From: Pseudomonadota bacterium
Lineage (GTDB): Archaea > Thermoplasmatota > SW-10-69-26 > JACQPN01 > JAJPHT01
Assembly (NCBI GenBank): GCA_021325135.1
Contig: JAJPHT010000025.1
Coordinates: 1-33,047 of the forward strand
Length of the DNA stretch: 33,047 bases
Reading direction: 5' to 3'
A program made the translations under genes and the position numbers. This document shows positions 23,705 to 32,739 of the stretch, piece after piece (within the stretch, counting starts at the first letter, position 1; each line of letters starts with the position of its first letter). Below the pieces are notes generated by a model. The model worked only from the letters and a program-made list of their open reading frames with translations. It was not told the DNA's origin and did not search any database.

Positions 23705-26001
23705 CGGTCGGGCCCTCCCACGTATTGCGTGCGCACGATGGCGTGGACGTTGCGCGCGGTGACGGGGCCGACGCCCTCGACCTCCATCAATTCCTCCACG
23801 CTGGCCTTCACGAGGTCGTGGATGGTGCCGAACCGCTCAAGTAGCCTTCGCGATAGCACGGCGCTGACGCCGGGGAGGCCCTCCACGAGGAAGCGGAGGC
23901 GCTCGTCGTCGGTCATGGCGCCCTTCTCGCCGCGCACGGCGAGGGCCTTCTGCTCGCCCAGCTGCTCGCGGCGCGCGATGGCGGCCAGGAGGCGCGCCGT
24001 CTCCGCGGCGTCCTTCGTCATGAGCACGCTGAGGCGGAAGCCCGTCGCCAGGGCGGCCAGCGCGCCGTAGACGGCCTCGGCGGTGAAGCCCGGCGCGAGG
24101 ATGCCGTCCCCCTCGATGACGACGATGGGGGTGGAGTAGCTGTCGCGCAGGACGCGCGCCTGGCTGAAGAGGCGGCCGTCCGCGAGGCTGCGCGCGAAGT
24201 CGTGCGCCTCCTTGCGCTCCACGGCGACGCGCTCGCTGAGGACGTAGTCCCCCGCGGGCAGCGTCTCGGGCTTCACCACGATGCCGGCCTTGGACAGCTC
24301 GCGCACGACGGCGCCGGCGAACTCGCGGTGGTCCGCCACCACGACGACCTTGGGCGCCTCGTGCGATTCGGTGTGGAAGGCGTCGAGGCTTTTCTCCGAC
24401 GCGGGGCGGCCTTCGACGAAGGCGGTCTTCCAGTCCTCGCTCTCCTCGGAGGCGTTGACCTTCTTGAAGAACTGGCGAAGGACCTGGATCTCCTTCTTCA
24501 TCTTCCCCTCGCGGATGCCGGAGAGCTTCTGCGAAAGCTCGTCGCGCGTCTCCCTGGTGATGAGGATGACGACGCGCCCCGCGCGCTTCCTCCCGGTGCG
24601 GCCGCGGCGCTGGATGGCGCGGATCTCGCTGGGGACGGGCTCGTAGAAGACCACGAGGTCCACCTGCGGGATGTCGAGCCCCTCCTCGGCGACGCTGGTG
24701 GCGACGAGGACGTTGTGCTCGCCGGCCTTGAAGCGCTCGATCATCTCGCCCTGCGCCTTCTGGGACATGCCGCGGTCGCTCTCGCTGCGGCTCGCCTGCC
24801 CCACGAAGCGCGCGGGGCGCACGCCCTCCACGTCCTTGAGCGCCGCCACGAGGGTCTCGCTGGTGTCGCGGTAGTTGGTGAAGACGATGATGCGCGCGTC
24901 GGGCTTCTCCTTCAGCTGCTGGCGCAGGAGGATGGCCACCTGCCGCAGCTTGGGGTGCTCGGAGCGGCTCTCTGCGAGAAGACGTTGGACCTCGTGCATG
25001 CGCGGGTCGTCCAGGAGCGCCTTCGCGGCCTTGCTCTCGTCGGAGGCGAGCTTCTCCAGGTACGTCTGCAGAGCGGCCACGCCCTGGGTCTCCGCCAGCT
25101 CCAGCGCGTGGCCCACCTTGAGCGCGGCCGCCTGCGCGGAGAGCGCCTTGAACAGCAGCGGGTTCTGCTCGCCTTCGCCCTGGCGGATGCGCGCCTGCAG
25201 GTGCGCCGCGGCCTCCAGGAGGACCTTCTTCCCGACGAAGCGCATGTAGGTGGGGATCCCTCCGGCCTGGCGCACCAGGGCGATCTTCTCGTCCTGGATC
25301 GCCCGCAGCAGGCCGGCCACGACCTTCAGCCGCTCGGGGACCGCGACCTCCTTCCACTCCACGTCGGTGTCCTGCACGTAGGGCGCGGTGTCGGGGTCGC
25401 TCTCGGTGCGCACCTCGACGCCCTCAATGCCCAGGGCTTCGCACACGTCGCGGATCTTCTCCGCCTTGGCGCCGGGGCTTGCCGTCATGGCCAGCACGCG
25501 CCCCTCCATGCGCTGGCGACGATAGGCGTCCGCGATGAACACGTAGGCGTAGTTCCCCACGGCGCGGTGGGCCTCGTCGAAGAGCAGCAGCGTGACGCCC
25601 TTGAGGTCGATGCGGTCGGAGACGAGGTCGTTCTGGATGACCTGCGGCGTCGAGCAGATGAGGTCCGCGTTGCGCCACGCGTACTCGCGCTCCTCGGGGG
25701 GCGTCTCGCCGGTGAACGACTCCACCTTCACGCCCACCAGCGCCTCCTCGAAGAAGCGGGCGTGCTGCTCGACGAGGGGCTTCGTGGGCGCCAGGAGCAG
25801 GACCTTCCCGGGCTTCCGCTCCAGCCGCTCGGCCATGACCAGCAGAGCGACGACGGTCTTCCCCATGCCCGTGGGCAGGATGACCAGCGTGTTGCGCTGC
25901 ACCGCCTCGTGGGCGATGGCCACCTGGTAGGCGCGCCGCGCGATGCGGCCCGGCGCGATGCGCGGGTGGCGGAGGGTGTCGTCCTGCGCCGCGGCGCTCA
26001 C
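23701..26001 (-). CDS. hef: Hef (FANCM/XPF-like) DEAH helicase-ERCC4 nuclease with HhH
   Basis: PTGMGKT, DEAH, TASPG, ATSVAEEGLDIP, QRRGRTGR; ERCC4 D.RE...GDY...VERK...D; HhH GVGP. Confidence 0.95.
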   Translation of the reverse strand: MSAAAQDDTLRHPRIAPGRIARRAYQVAIAHEAVQRNTLVILPTGMGKTVVALLVMAERLERKPGKVLLLAPTKPLVEQHARFFEEALVGVKVESFTGETPPEEREYAWRNADLICSTPQVIQNDLVSDRIDLKGVTLLLFDEAHRAVGNYAYVFIADAYRRQRMEGRVLAMTASPGAKAEKIRDVCEALGIEGVEVRTESDPDTAPYVQDTDVEWKEVAVPERLKVVAGLLRAIQDEKIALVRQAGGIPTYMRFVGKKVLLEAAAHLQARIRQGEGEQNPLLFKALSAQAAALKVGHALELAETQGVAALQTYLEKLASDESKAAKALLDDPRMHEVQRLLAESRSEHPKLRQVAILLRQQLKEKPDARIIVFTNYRDTSETLVAALKDVEGVRPARFVGQASRSESDRGMSQKAQGEMIERFKAGEHNVLVATSVAEEGLDIPQVDLVVFYEPVPSEIRAIQRRGRTGRKRAGRVVILITRETRDELSQKLSGIREGKMKKEIQVLRQFFKKVNASEESEDWKTAFVEGRPASEKSLDAFHTESHEAPKVVVVADHREFAGAVVRELSKAGIVVKPETLPAGDYVLSERVAVERKEAHDFARSLADGRLFSQARVLRDSYSTPIVVIEGDGILAPGFTAEAVYGALAALATGFRLSVLMTKDAAETARLLAAIARREQLGEQKALAVRGEKGAMTDDERLRFLVEGLPGVSAVLSRRLLERFGTIHDLVKASVEELMEVEGVGPVTARNVHAIVRTQYVGGPDR

Positions 26002-26028
26002 GGGCGGCCGAGGGGCTGTCTTCTTCAA

Positions 26029-26079
26029 GAGCCTTGGCCCCGGGTCGGCGGAACATCCGCCGACCCGGGGCCAAGGCTC
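26029..26079. repeat. Perfect 24-bp hairpin (3-nt loop) in a divergent intergenic region
   Basis: gagccttggccccgggtcggcgga-aca-tccgccgacccggggccaaggctc. Confidence 0.9.
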
Positions 26080-26140
26080 CGTTTCCAAACCACAGCCTTC
26101 ATGCCTCCCCCGACTCTCCGCGCGGACGGGGATGCACACC

Positions 26141-27172
26141 ATGCGAGTCATGGCCCTCGCTCTGCTCATGGCACTCGCCGCCTCGGCGTCGGGCTGCGTC
26201 GCGAACATGGCCGATCTCAAGGCCGACCTCGGCGTCGTCGCGCCCGCCGCGCCCGCGCCGGTCTACGCGCCGCCCGTCGCCAAGGCCCAGGCCAGCGCCA
26301 CCCTGGTCCCCGTCGACGTGCCCGTGCGCTTCGCCGCGGAGGGCAGCCGCGACCCCCAGTCGCTTCCGCTGGCCTACTCGTGGGCCTTCGCCGACGGCTC
26401 CGCCGCCTCGGGCGCCGAGGTCACGCACGTCTTCGCCGCGCCCGGCGCGTTCAAGGTCACGCTCACCGTCACCAACCAGAAGGGGCTCACCGACTCCGAC
26501 GCGCTCACAGTGCAGGTCGGGCAGCCCAACCGCCCGCCCACCGCCGGGCTGGACGCCACGGACGCCGCGCCCGGCGCGCTCGCGCTGGCCGCCTCCGACG
26601 GCGCGCTCCACGTCTGGGCCGGAGACAAGGTCGCCTTCGACTCGGCCCGCTCCTCGGACCCCGACAACGACACGCTCCTCTCCGCGTGGGACTTCGGCGA
26701 CGGCGCCACCGGCGCGGGCGCCTCCCTCGCGCACGCCTACGAGCAGCCGGGCCGCTACGTCGCCACGCTGCGCGTGAGCGACCCCTCCGGCGCCACCAGC
26801 GTCGCCACCCGCGAGATCGCCGTCTCGTGGACCCACGCCGAGAACGGCACCTTCGCCCTGGGCGACCAGGCGCCGGCCCACGACCACGCCTTCCCCCTGG
26901 CGGCCGGCGCGCGCACGCTCTCCGTCTCCCTCACCTACGATCCCTCCGTGGCCAACGACCTCACCGTGGTCGTCAAGGACGCCAAGGGGGCCGAGGTCTG
27001 CCGCTCCGACGCGGGGCTCGCGCCGCCCGGAAGCTCTGGCCCTGTCACGCGCTCCTGCTCGGTGGACGCCGCGAAGCTCGCCAGCGCCGCGCCCGGCGCG
27101 TGGACCGCGCAGGTCGTCAAGAACGGCGGCCTCCAGGCGGACTATCGCGTCTCCATCCTGGAGACTCTTTGA
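26141..27172 (+). CDS. PKD-domain lipoprotein (two PKD domains plus a C-terminal beta domain)
   Basis: LAASASGC lipobox; YSWAFADG...HVF..PG.F.V.LTV and WDFGDG...HAY..PG.Y...L.V. Confidence 0.9.
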   Translation: MRVMALALLMALAASASGCVANMADLKADLGVVAPAAPAPVYAPPVAKAQASATLVPVDVPVRFAAEGSRDPQSLPLAYSWAFADGSAASGAEVTHVFAAPGAFKVTLTVTNQKGLTDSDALTVQVGQPNRPPTAGLDATDAAPGALALAASDGALHVWAGDKVAFDSARSSDPDNDTLLSAWDFGDGATGAGASLAHAYEQPGRYVATLRVSDPSGATSVATREIAVSWTHAENGTFALGDQAPAHDHAFPLAAGARTLSVSLTYDPSVANDLTVVVKDAKGAEVCRSDAGLAPPGSSGPVTRSCSVDAAKLASAAPGAWTAQVVKNGGLQADYRVSILETL

Positions 27173-27198
27173 AATACCACGGCTCCGATCGCCGCGCG

Positions 27199-27708
27199 AT
27201 GGCCAAGGAGAAGAAGACCGCGGCGGACCTCGACGCCGAGCTTGCGGCGCTGGAGGCCGAGCTTGCCGCCCTGGAGGGCAAGGCGAAGGCCAAGCCCAAG
27301 CCCGCCCCGAAGGAGGCGCCCGCGGAGAAGAAGCCGCGCTTCGGCCTTGGCAAGAAGACGGAGGAGCCCCCCGCGGCCGAGCCCTCCAAGCGCTCCTTCT
27401 CCTTCGGCAGGAAGAAGGCGGCGCCCGAGCCGCAGGCGCCCGCGCCCGTGGAGGTGCCCGCCGAGCCTGTGGTCGCACCCGTGGCCGCGCCCGCCCGCGC
27501 GCCCCTGCCCACGTTCGACCCCTCCGTCTGGCGCCACGAGGAGGGCGCATGGGTGCGCACCAACGCCCGCGAGACGCCCGTCGTGCGGCGCATCCTCGAC
27601 GAGAACGACCAGGTCGTGCGCGAGGAGCCCGCCAGCCGCGAGGACCTGGACCGCAACGAGAGCGTGAAGGCCGAGCGCGGCGCGCGCCGCTTCTTCGGGA
27701 GGAAGTGA
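27199..27708 (+). CDS. Hypothetical low-complexity protein (N-terminal coiled coil, Lys/Pro-rich linker)
   Basis: ATG at 27199 about 22 nt after a TTTGAAATA box; its stop abuts the hisS ATG. Confidence 0.75.
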   Translation: MAKEKKTAADLDAELAALEAELAALEGKAKAKPKPAPKEAPAEKKPRFGLGKKTEEPPAAEPSKRSFSFGRKKAAPEPQAPAPVEVPAEPVVAPVAAPARAPLPTFDPSVWRHEEGAWVRTNARETPVVRRILDENDQVVREEPASREDLDRNESVKAERGARRFFGRK

Positions 27709-29049
27709 ATGGCGAAGTTCGAGCGCCCGCGCGGCACGCGCGACTTCAAGCCCTCCGACGTGGCCGAGCGCCGCTGGCTGGAGGGCGTCTTCCGCGAGAC
27801 GTTCCGCCGTTGGGGCTATCGCGAGATCCAGACGCCCACCTTCGAGAGCACGGACCTCTTCCGCGCCAAGAGCGGGCCCAACGTCGTCAAGGAGATCTAC
27901 ACGTTCCTCGACAAGGGGGGCCGCGAGATCTGCCTGCGCCCGGAGCTGACGGCGCCGGTCATGCGCTTCTACGTCAACGAACTGACCCACGAGCCCAAGC
28001 CGCTGCGCCTCTACTACTATGGGCCCTGCTTCCGCTACGAGGAGCCCCAGGAGGGGCGCTTCCGCGAGTTCTGGCAGTTCGGCCTGGAGCTGGTCGGCCC
28101 CGAAGGGCCCAACGCGGACGCGGAGGTCATCGCCATTGCCCACGACGCGCTGCGCGCGACGGGCCTGCGCGGCTTCACGACGCACGTGGGCCACATCGGC
28201 CTGCTGCGCGCCCTGATCAACGAGCTTGACGAGCACGGCCTCGACGCGGGCAAGAAGGGGGACGTCTTCCGCAAGATCGACAAGGACGCGGACGACCTGG
28301 AGGAGTTCCTCCTCTCCGAAGGCGCGCCCGCCGCGCTGGCCCGCGCCATCGTCGCGACCGCGGGCCACCGCCGCGTGCTGAAGCTCGCCGACGAGGCCTC
28401 CATCGAGGCCTACGTCAAGGAGATCCGCCACGCCATCGGCGACGTCGTGTGGGGCAAGCACGGGCAGGCCATGGACACCGTGGTGAACGACTTCCGCCAG
28501 ACGCTCCTCCTGCTCGCGGCCCACGGCGTGCCCGAGGTCGAGGCCGACCTGGGCGTCGCGCGCGGGCTGGACTACTACACGGGCACCGTCTTCGAGTTCC
28601 ACGCCACGAAGCTGGGCGCGCAGAGCCAGATCGGGGGCGGCGGCGCGTACACGCTGGCGGAGCTTTTCGGCGGCGAGCACGTGGGCTCCGCGGGCTTCGG
28701 CCTCGGCTTCGACCGCATCCTCCTCGCGCTCAGGAACGAGGGCGCGGTCCCCGCGGTGGCGCCCGCCGCCGACGTGTTCGTCGCCGTGCTGGGCAACGCG
28801 CGCCCGCAGGCCCTTGCCCTGGCGCGCCAGCTTCGCGAGGCCGGCGTCTCCACCGACGTCGAGGTCATGGGCCGCGGGCTGGGCAAGGCGCTCCAGCACG
28901 CAGGCAAGACGGGCGCCAAGCTCGTGGTGATCGCGGGCGAGAAGGACCTCGCCGAAGGGCGCGTCACGGTGCGCGACATGGCCAGCGGCGAGCAGAGCGC
29001 GGTCGCGCTCGCGGACGCGGTCGGCGCGGTGCGCGCGAAGCTGGGCTAG
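27709..29049 (+). CDS. hisS: Histidine--tRNA ligase
   Basis: RPRGTRDF, LRPELTAP, FRYEEPQ.GR.REF.Q.G.E, ARGLDYYTG.VFE, GGG.Y, anticodon-binding domain. Confidence 0.97.
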   Translation: MAKFERPRGTRDFKPSDVAERRWLEGVFRETFRRWGYREIQTPTFESTDLFRAKSGPNVVKEIYTFLDKGGREICLRPELTAPVMRFYVNELTHEPKPLRLYYYGPCFRYEEPQEGRFREFWQFGLELVGPEGPNADAEVIAIAHDALRATGLRGFTTHVGHIGLLRALINELDEHGLDAGKKGDVFRKIDKDADDLEEFLLSEGAPAALARAIVATAGHRRVLKLADEASIEAYVKEIRHAIGDVVWGKHGQAMDTVVNDFRQTLLLLAAHGVPEVEADLGVARGLDYYTGTVFEFHATKLGAQSQIGGGGAYTLAELFGGEHVGSAGFGLGFDRILLALRNEGAVPAVAPAADVFVAVLGNARPQALALARQLREAGVSTDVEVMGRGLGKALQHAGKTGAKLVVIAGEKDLAEGRVTVRDMASGEQSAVALADAVGAVRAKLG

Positions 29050-29516
29050 AGCCGCTGCCGCATCACGAGCCAGCGCGTGCCGTCGGGCATCGTCTCCACG
29101 CCGCGCTCCGCGTAGCCGTGGCGCGCGTAGAAGGGCGAGAGCCACGGGTGGTCCGCCAGCGTCTCCAGCTGCAGGTGGTCGAAGCGCTCCCTCCGCGCGC
29201 GCTCCGCGGCGGCCTCCAGCATCGCGGCGCCCAGGCCCTCGCCGCGCGCGTGCGGGCTCACCGCGAGGCGGCGCACGTTGGCCAGCGCGCGCAGGTGCAC
29301 CGTCGCGAGGAGGGCGCCGTCGCGCTCCGCCACCAGGAGGGCGCGCTCGCGCAGGTAGCCGCGCACGTCCTCCAGCGCGTCCTTGAAGGGCACGCCGGCC
29401 GCGGCGCGGTGCGGGTCGTGCCGCGGGTCGTAGGCCTCGCGGTAGAGCGCGAGGATCGCCTCGGCGTCGGCGGGCGTCGCGTCGCGCAGGCGCGCGCCCG
29501 AAGGCAGGCTGGGCAT
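29046..29516 (-). CDS. GNAT family N-acetyltransferase
   Basis: RLAVSPHARGEGLG acetyl-CoA motif and FY.RHGY. Confidence 0.9.
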   Translation of the reverse strand: MPSLPSGARLRDATPADAEAILALYREAYDPRHDPHRAAAGVPFKDALEDVRGYLRERALLVAERDGALLATVHLRALANVRRLAVSPHARGEGLGAAMLEAAAERARRERFDHLQLETLADHPWLSPFYARHGYAERGVETMPDGTRWLVMRQRL

Positions 29517-29611
29517 CGGACGCCGCACGACGCCCGCGCGCATCAACGCATCCAGAGGAGAAGCATGGGGGCGCCCCCGGCAAGGGGCGCCCCCGGGGTG
29601 GGGACACCCGA

Positions 29612-30340
29612 TCAGCGGGACATGGGCAGCGCGCGGGCGTCGAGCACGTGGAAGCTGCGCACGCCCATCTGCTCCAGCCTGGCCGTGGGCAGCGTGACGT
29701 ACACGTCCTTCGAGGCACCCGAGGCGTCGGTCCACGGCTTCGAGGGGGAGACGGCCCACGCGTAGCGCGTCTCGCTGCGCCAGTGGCCGCCGGCGTCCGC
29801 GTGCCGGTACTCGTAGGAATACTCGGTCTCGTAGCCCACCTCGCCCGTGGGCGTGACGTAGCGGTAGACCTCGCCGTCGGGCGCCAGGGGCGACATGCTG
29901 GCGGAGTCGGACGTGGAGATGGGGTCGGGGATCGCGACCAGCGTCGCGTTCTCCAGGCACTGGAGCGTCGTCGTCTCCACGCCGTCCGGGATTGGCACGC
30001 CCAGGAAGCGGTCGTAGTGGACGCGCGTCTCCGCCGTGCAGTTCACCATCGCGCTGATGTCGATGCTCCCCTCGTCCGCGACGGGGGAGGACTTGAGGTC
30101 GATGACGGCGAAGACGGTGTGTCCCTCCACGAGCCGCTCGTGGCCATACGTGGAGTTGGGGTCCACGACGCGCTGCTGTGGAGGCTGCACCAGCGTGACG
30201 TTGGACACGGTGAGGAGCTGCTTCGCGCCCCCCTCGACGAGGAGGCTCGTGGGGTCGCTGGGATCGGGCGCGGCCCAGGCATAGAGCGGGAGGAGCAGGA
30301 GCAGGGCTGACGCTAAGGCGAGCATGCGGACGTTGACCAT
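29612..30340 (-). CDS. Hypothetical secreted protein
   Basis: Signal MVNVRMLALASALLLLLPLYAWA; beta-rich, 2 Cys. Confidence 0.75.
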   Translation of the reverse strand: MVNVRMLALASALLLLLPLYAWAAPDPSDPTSLLVEGGAKQLLTVSNVTLVQPPQQRVVDPNSTYGHERLVEGHTVFAVIDLKSSPVADEGSIDISAMVNCTAETRVHYDRFLGVPIPDGVETTTLQCLENATLVAIPDPISTSDSASMSPLAPDGEVYRYVTPTGEVGYETEYSYEYRHADAGGHWRSETRYAWAVSPSKPWTDASGASKDVYVTLPTARLEQMGVRSFHVLDARALPMSR

Positions 30341-30425
30341 GGGTGGTTCCCCTTGGCGAGCCGTTTCCGCTGGGCCGACCGTTGCCGCGGCCGGGCCGGC
30401 GTCACCCCCGCCTTGCCGGGCGGGA

Positions 30426-30729
30426 GTTGTGACTCACCGTGGTGACACACGAGCGCGAGGGGGATATCCTCTCTGCGGAGAGCGTGTTGTCACCCTGGGT
30501 GACAACGGACCCTGGGGGGATATGTACGAGGGGGAAGGGGGCGAAAGGGGCGCGGAGGGTCCCACGGGTGTGGTCACACCCGGGGCGGGAATCTGCCCCG
30601 GGTGTGACCACACCCGTGGGGCCGAGTCGCGCTGGGCCGTTCCTCAGGCAAGCCGAATCCGTTCGTCCTCCCACGGGTGTGGCCACGCCCGGGGCCCGCG
30701 GCGGCTTGCACCCGTGGTCACACCCGGGG
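30426..30729. repeat. Cluster of palindromic REP-like repeats (CCCACGGGTGTGGTCACACCCGGGG-type x4 plus two TCACC..GGTGA palindromes)
   Basis: 30561-30586 and 30595-30620 form an exact 26-bp inverted pair; degenerate copies at 30670-30694 and 30709-30729; GTTGTCACCC-T-GGGTGACAAC at 30486-30506. Confidence 0.85.
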
Positions 30730-30783
30730 AAGCCCCGCCCGCCCTGGCCAACCTTCTTCCCCCCGCCCCAGCCTCGCCCCCAG

Positions 30784-31101
30784 GTGACAGTGAAGGACCG
30801 GGTGGGCCGAACTCGCTACCTGGCATTCCAGGTGGAGGGGGGCCCCGTGGGGCGCCCCGCCCTGTCGGCGATCCTTCCTCCGGCGGCCCGGCTGACGCGG
30901 TTCGACGGGTCGTTCGGCCTGGTGCGATGCTCGCACCGTGACCTGGGGGCGGTGCGGCCAGTCCTCAACGGCCCGGCGCGCGTGGGGTCCAAGGATGTCC
31001 ACCTCGTGACCCTGGCGACCTCGGGAACCATCCGGGCTGCGGCGCGGGCGCTGCCCTCGGAGAGCGGGGCCTCGAAGCGCCAGCCCAGGAAGATAGATTG
31101 A
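30784..31101 (+). CDS. rnp2: Ribonuclease P protein component 2 (Pop5/Rpp14 family)
   Basis: R.RYLAF, GLVRC.H, TL.TSGTIR motifs; canonical position upstream of psmA. Confidence 0.82.
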   Translation: MTVKDRVGRTRYLAFQVEGGPVGRPALSAILPPAARLTRFDGSFGLVRCSHRDLGAVRPVLNGPARVGSKDVHLVTLATSGTIRAAARALPSESGASKRQPRKID

Positions 31102-31263
31102 AGTATGGAGCGCGGGATGGCGCCGCGACAGAAGGACCCGGAAAAGGAGTCTTTTCCGCCGCGCGTTGGCGCCCCCTCCAAGGAGGGCTGCGCATTCCGC
31201 GCCCGCAACCGCGTGATTCCCTTTTCCCTGAGCCTGACGTGGACGTAGGAGGAACCGAGAGCC

Positions 31264-31986
31264 TTGCAGCCAGCGCAGATGTATGACCGCGCGATCACCG
31301 TGTTCTCGCCCGACGGCCGCCTTTTCCAGGTGGAGTACGCGCGCGAGGCGGTCAAGCGTGGAACGACCACGGTGGGCCTGAAGTTCGTCGATGGCGTCGT
31401 GCTGATCGTCGACAAGCGCATCACGAGCCAGCTCATCGAGCCCAACAGCATCGAGAAGATCTTCAAGGTCGACGACCACGTGGGCGTCGCGACCTCGGGC
31501 CTCGTCGCGGACGCGCGCGTGCTCGTGGACCGCGCCCGCACGGACGCGCAGATGAACCGCGTGACCTACGACGAGAACATCGAGGTCGACACGCTGGTGA
31601 AGAAGATCTGCGACTTCAAGCAGACCTACACGCAGTACGGCGGCGTCCGCCCCTTCGGCACGGCGCTCTTGATCGCCGGCAAGGACGCGACGGGCGTCCA
31701 CCTCTACGAGACGGACCCCTCGGGCGCGCTCATGTCGTACAAGGCGACGGCCATCGGCGCCGGGCGCTCGCAGGTCATGGAGATCTTCGAGAACGAGTAC
31801 CGCGAGAACGTCTCCAAGGACGACGCGGTGGCGCTGGGCCTCAAGGCGCTCTACCGCGCCACCGAGGGCAAGCTCAACGCGGCCGCGCTGGAGATCGGCG
31901 TCGTCACGAAGGACGCGCCCTTCCGCAAGCTCGACGCCGCGGAGATCAAGGCCTACGCGGACCGCGCGGCGCCCCAGGGCTCGTAA
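31264..31986 (+). CDS. psmA: Proteasome subunit alpha
   Basis: [43 protein letters not shown]; GGAGG before the TTG start. Confidence 0.97.
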   Translation: MQPAQMYDRAITVFSPDGRLFQVEYAREAVKRGTTTVGLKFVDGVVLIVDKRITSQLIEPNSIEKIFKVDDHVGVATSGLVADARVLVDRARTDAQMNRVTYDENIEVDTLVKKICDFKQTYTQYGGVRPFGTALLIAGKDATGVHLYETDPSGALMSYKATAIGAGRSQVMEIFENEYRENVSKDDAVALGLKALYRATEGKLNAAALEIGVVTKDAPFRKLDAAEIKAYADRAAPQGS

Positions 31987-32001
31987 GCGGAGGGCGAACG
32001 C

Positions 32002-32721
32002 ATGGTCACGCTCGACGAGGCCGTGGTGGCCCGCCTGGAGAAGGGCGGCCTGCACTTCGAGATCCTCGTCGATCCCGAGATCGCGCTCCACTTCCGCGAG
32101 GAGAAGGGCAACGTCAAGCTCGACCTGGACGACCTCCTCGCGGCGGAGAACGTCTTCGTGGGCCCCGCGCGCGACGGCGCGAAGGCCAGCGACGAGGAGC
32201 TGATGCACAACTTCGGGACGAAGGACCTGACGGAGTGCGTCAAGCTCATCCTCACCAAGGGCGACCTCCAGCTCACCACCGACCAGCGCCGCCGCATGGT
32301 GGAGCGCAAGAAGCGCCTCATCATCGCGCACATCGCGCGCAACGCCATCAACCCGCAGACCAAGGCGCCGCACCCGCCGCAGCGCATCGAGACGGCCATG
32401 GACGAGGCGCGCATCCACCTTGATCCCTTCAAGAGCGTGGACGCGCAGGTGCAGGACGTCCTCAAGGCCATCCGCCCCCTCATCCCCATCCGCATCGAGA
32501 CCATCCAGATCGCGGTGAAGTTCCCGGCGACCCACGCCGGCAAGGCCCAGAGCACGCTCCACGGCTGGGGCGAGGTCAAGCAGCAGGCCTGGCAGAGCGA
32601 CGGCTCCTTCATCGCCGTCGTCGAGATCCCCGGCGGCATGCAGACCGAGTTCTTCGGCCACCTCAACCAGCGCACCCACGGCGACGTGGAGACGCGCATC
32701 CTGAAGTCCAGCAACCCCTGA
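32002..32721 (+). CDS. Ribosome maturation factor SBDS/Sdo1
   Basis: MV.LD.AVVARL...G..FEILVDP, QLTTDQRR, INPQT..PHPPQRIE.AM. Confidence 0.95.
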   Translation: MVTLDEAVVARLEKGGLHFEILVDPEIALHFREEKGNVKLDLDDLLAAENVFVGPARDGAKASDEELMHNFGTKDLTECVKLILTKGDLQLTTDQRRRMVERKKRLIIAHIARNAINPQTKAPHPPQRIETAMDEARIHLDPFKSVDAQVQDVLKAIRPLIPIRIETIQIAVKFPATHAGKAQSTLHGWGEVKQQAWQSDGSFIAVVEIPGGMQTEFFGHLNQRTHGDVETRILKSSNP

Positions 32722-32739
32722 CACTCCTGATGTGATATC

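Noticed and set aside
30426-30729. CRISPR array or RNase P RNA next to Pop5
   Set aside because: Repeats are in mixed orientation with irregular spacing and no cas genes. The RNase P RNA hallmark GAGGAAAGUCC and its 3' pairing partner were not seen.
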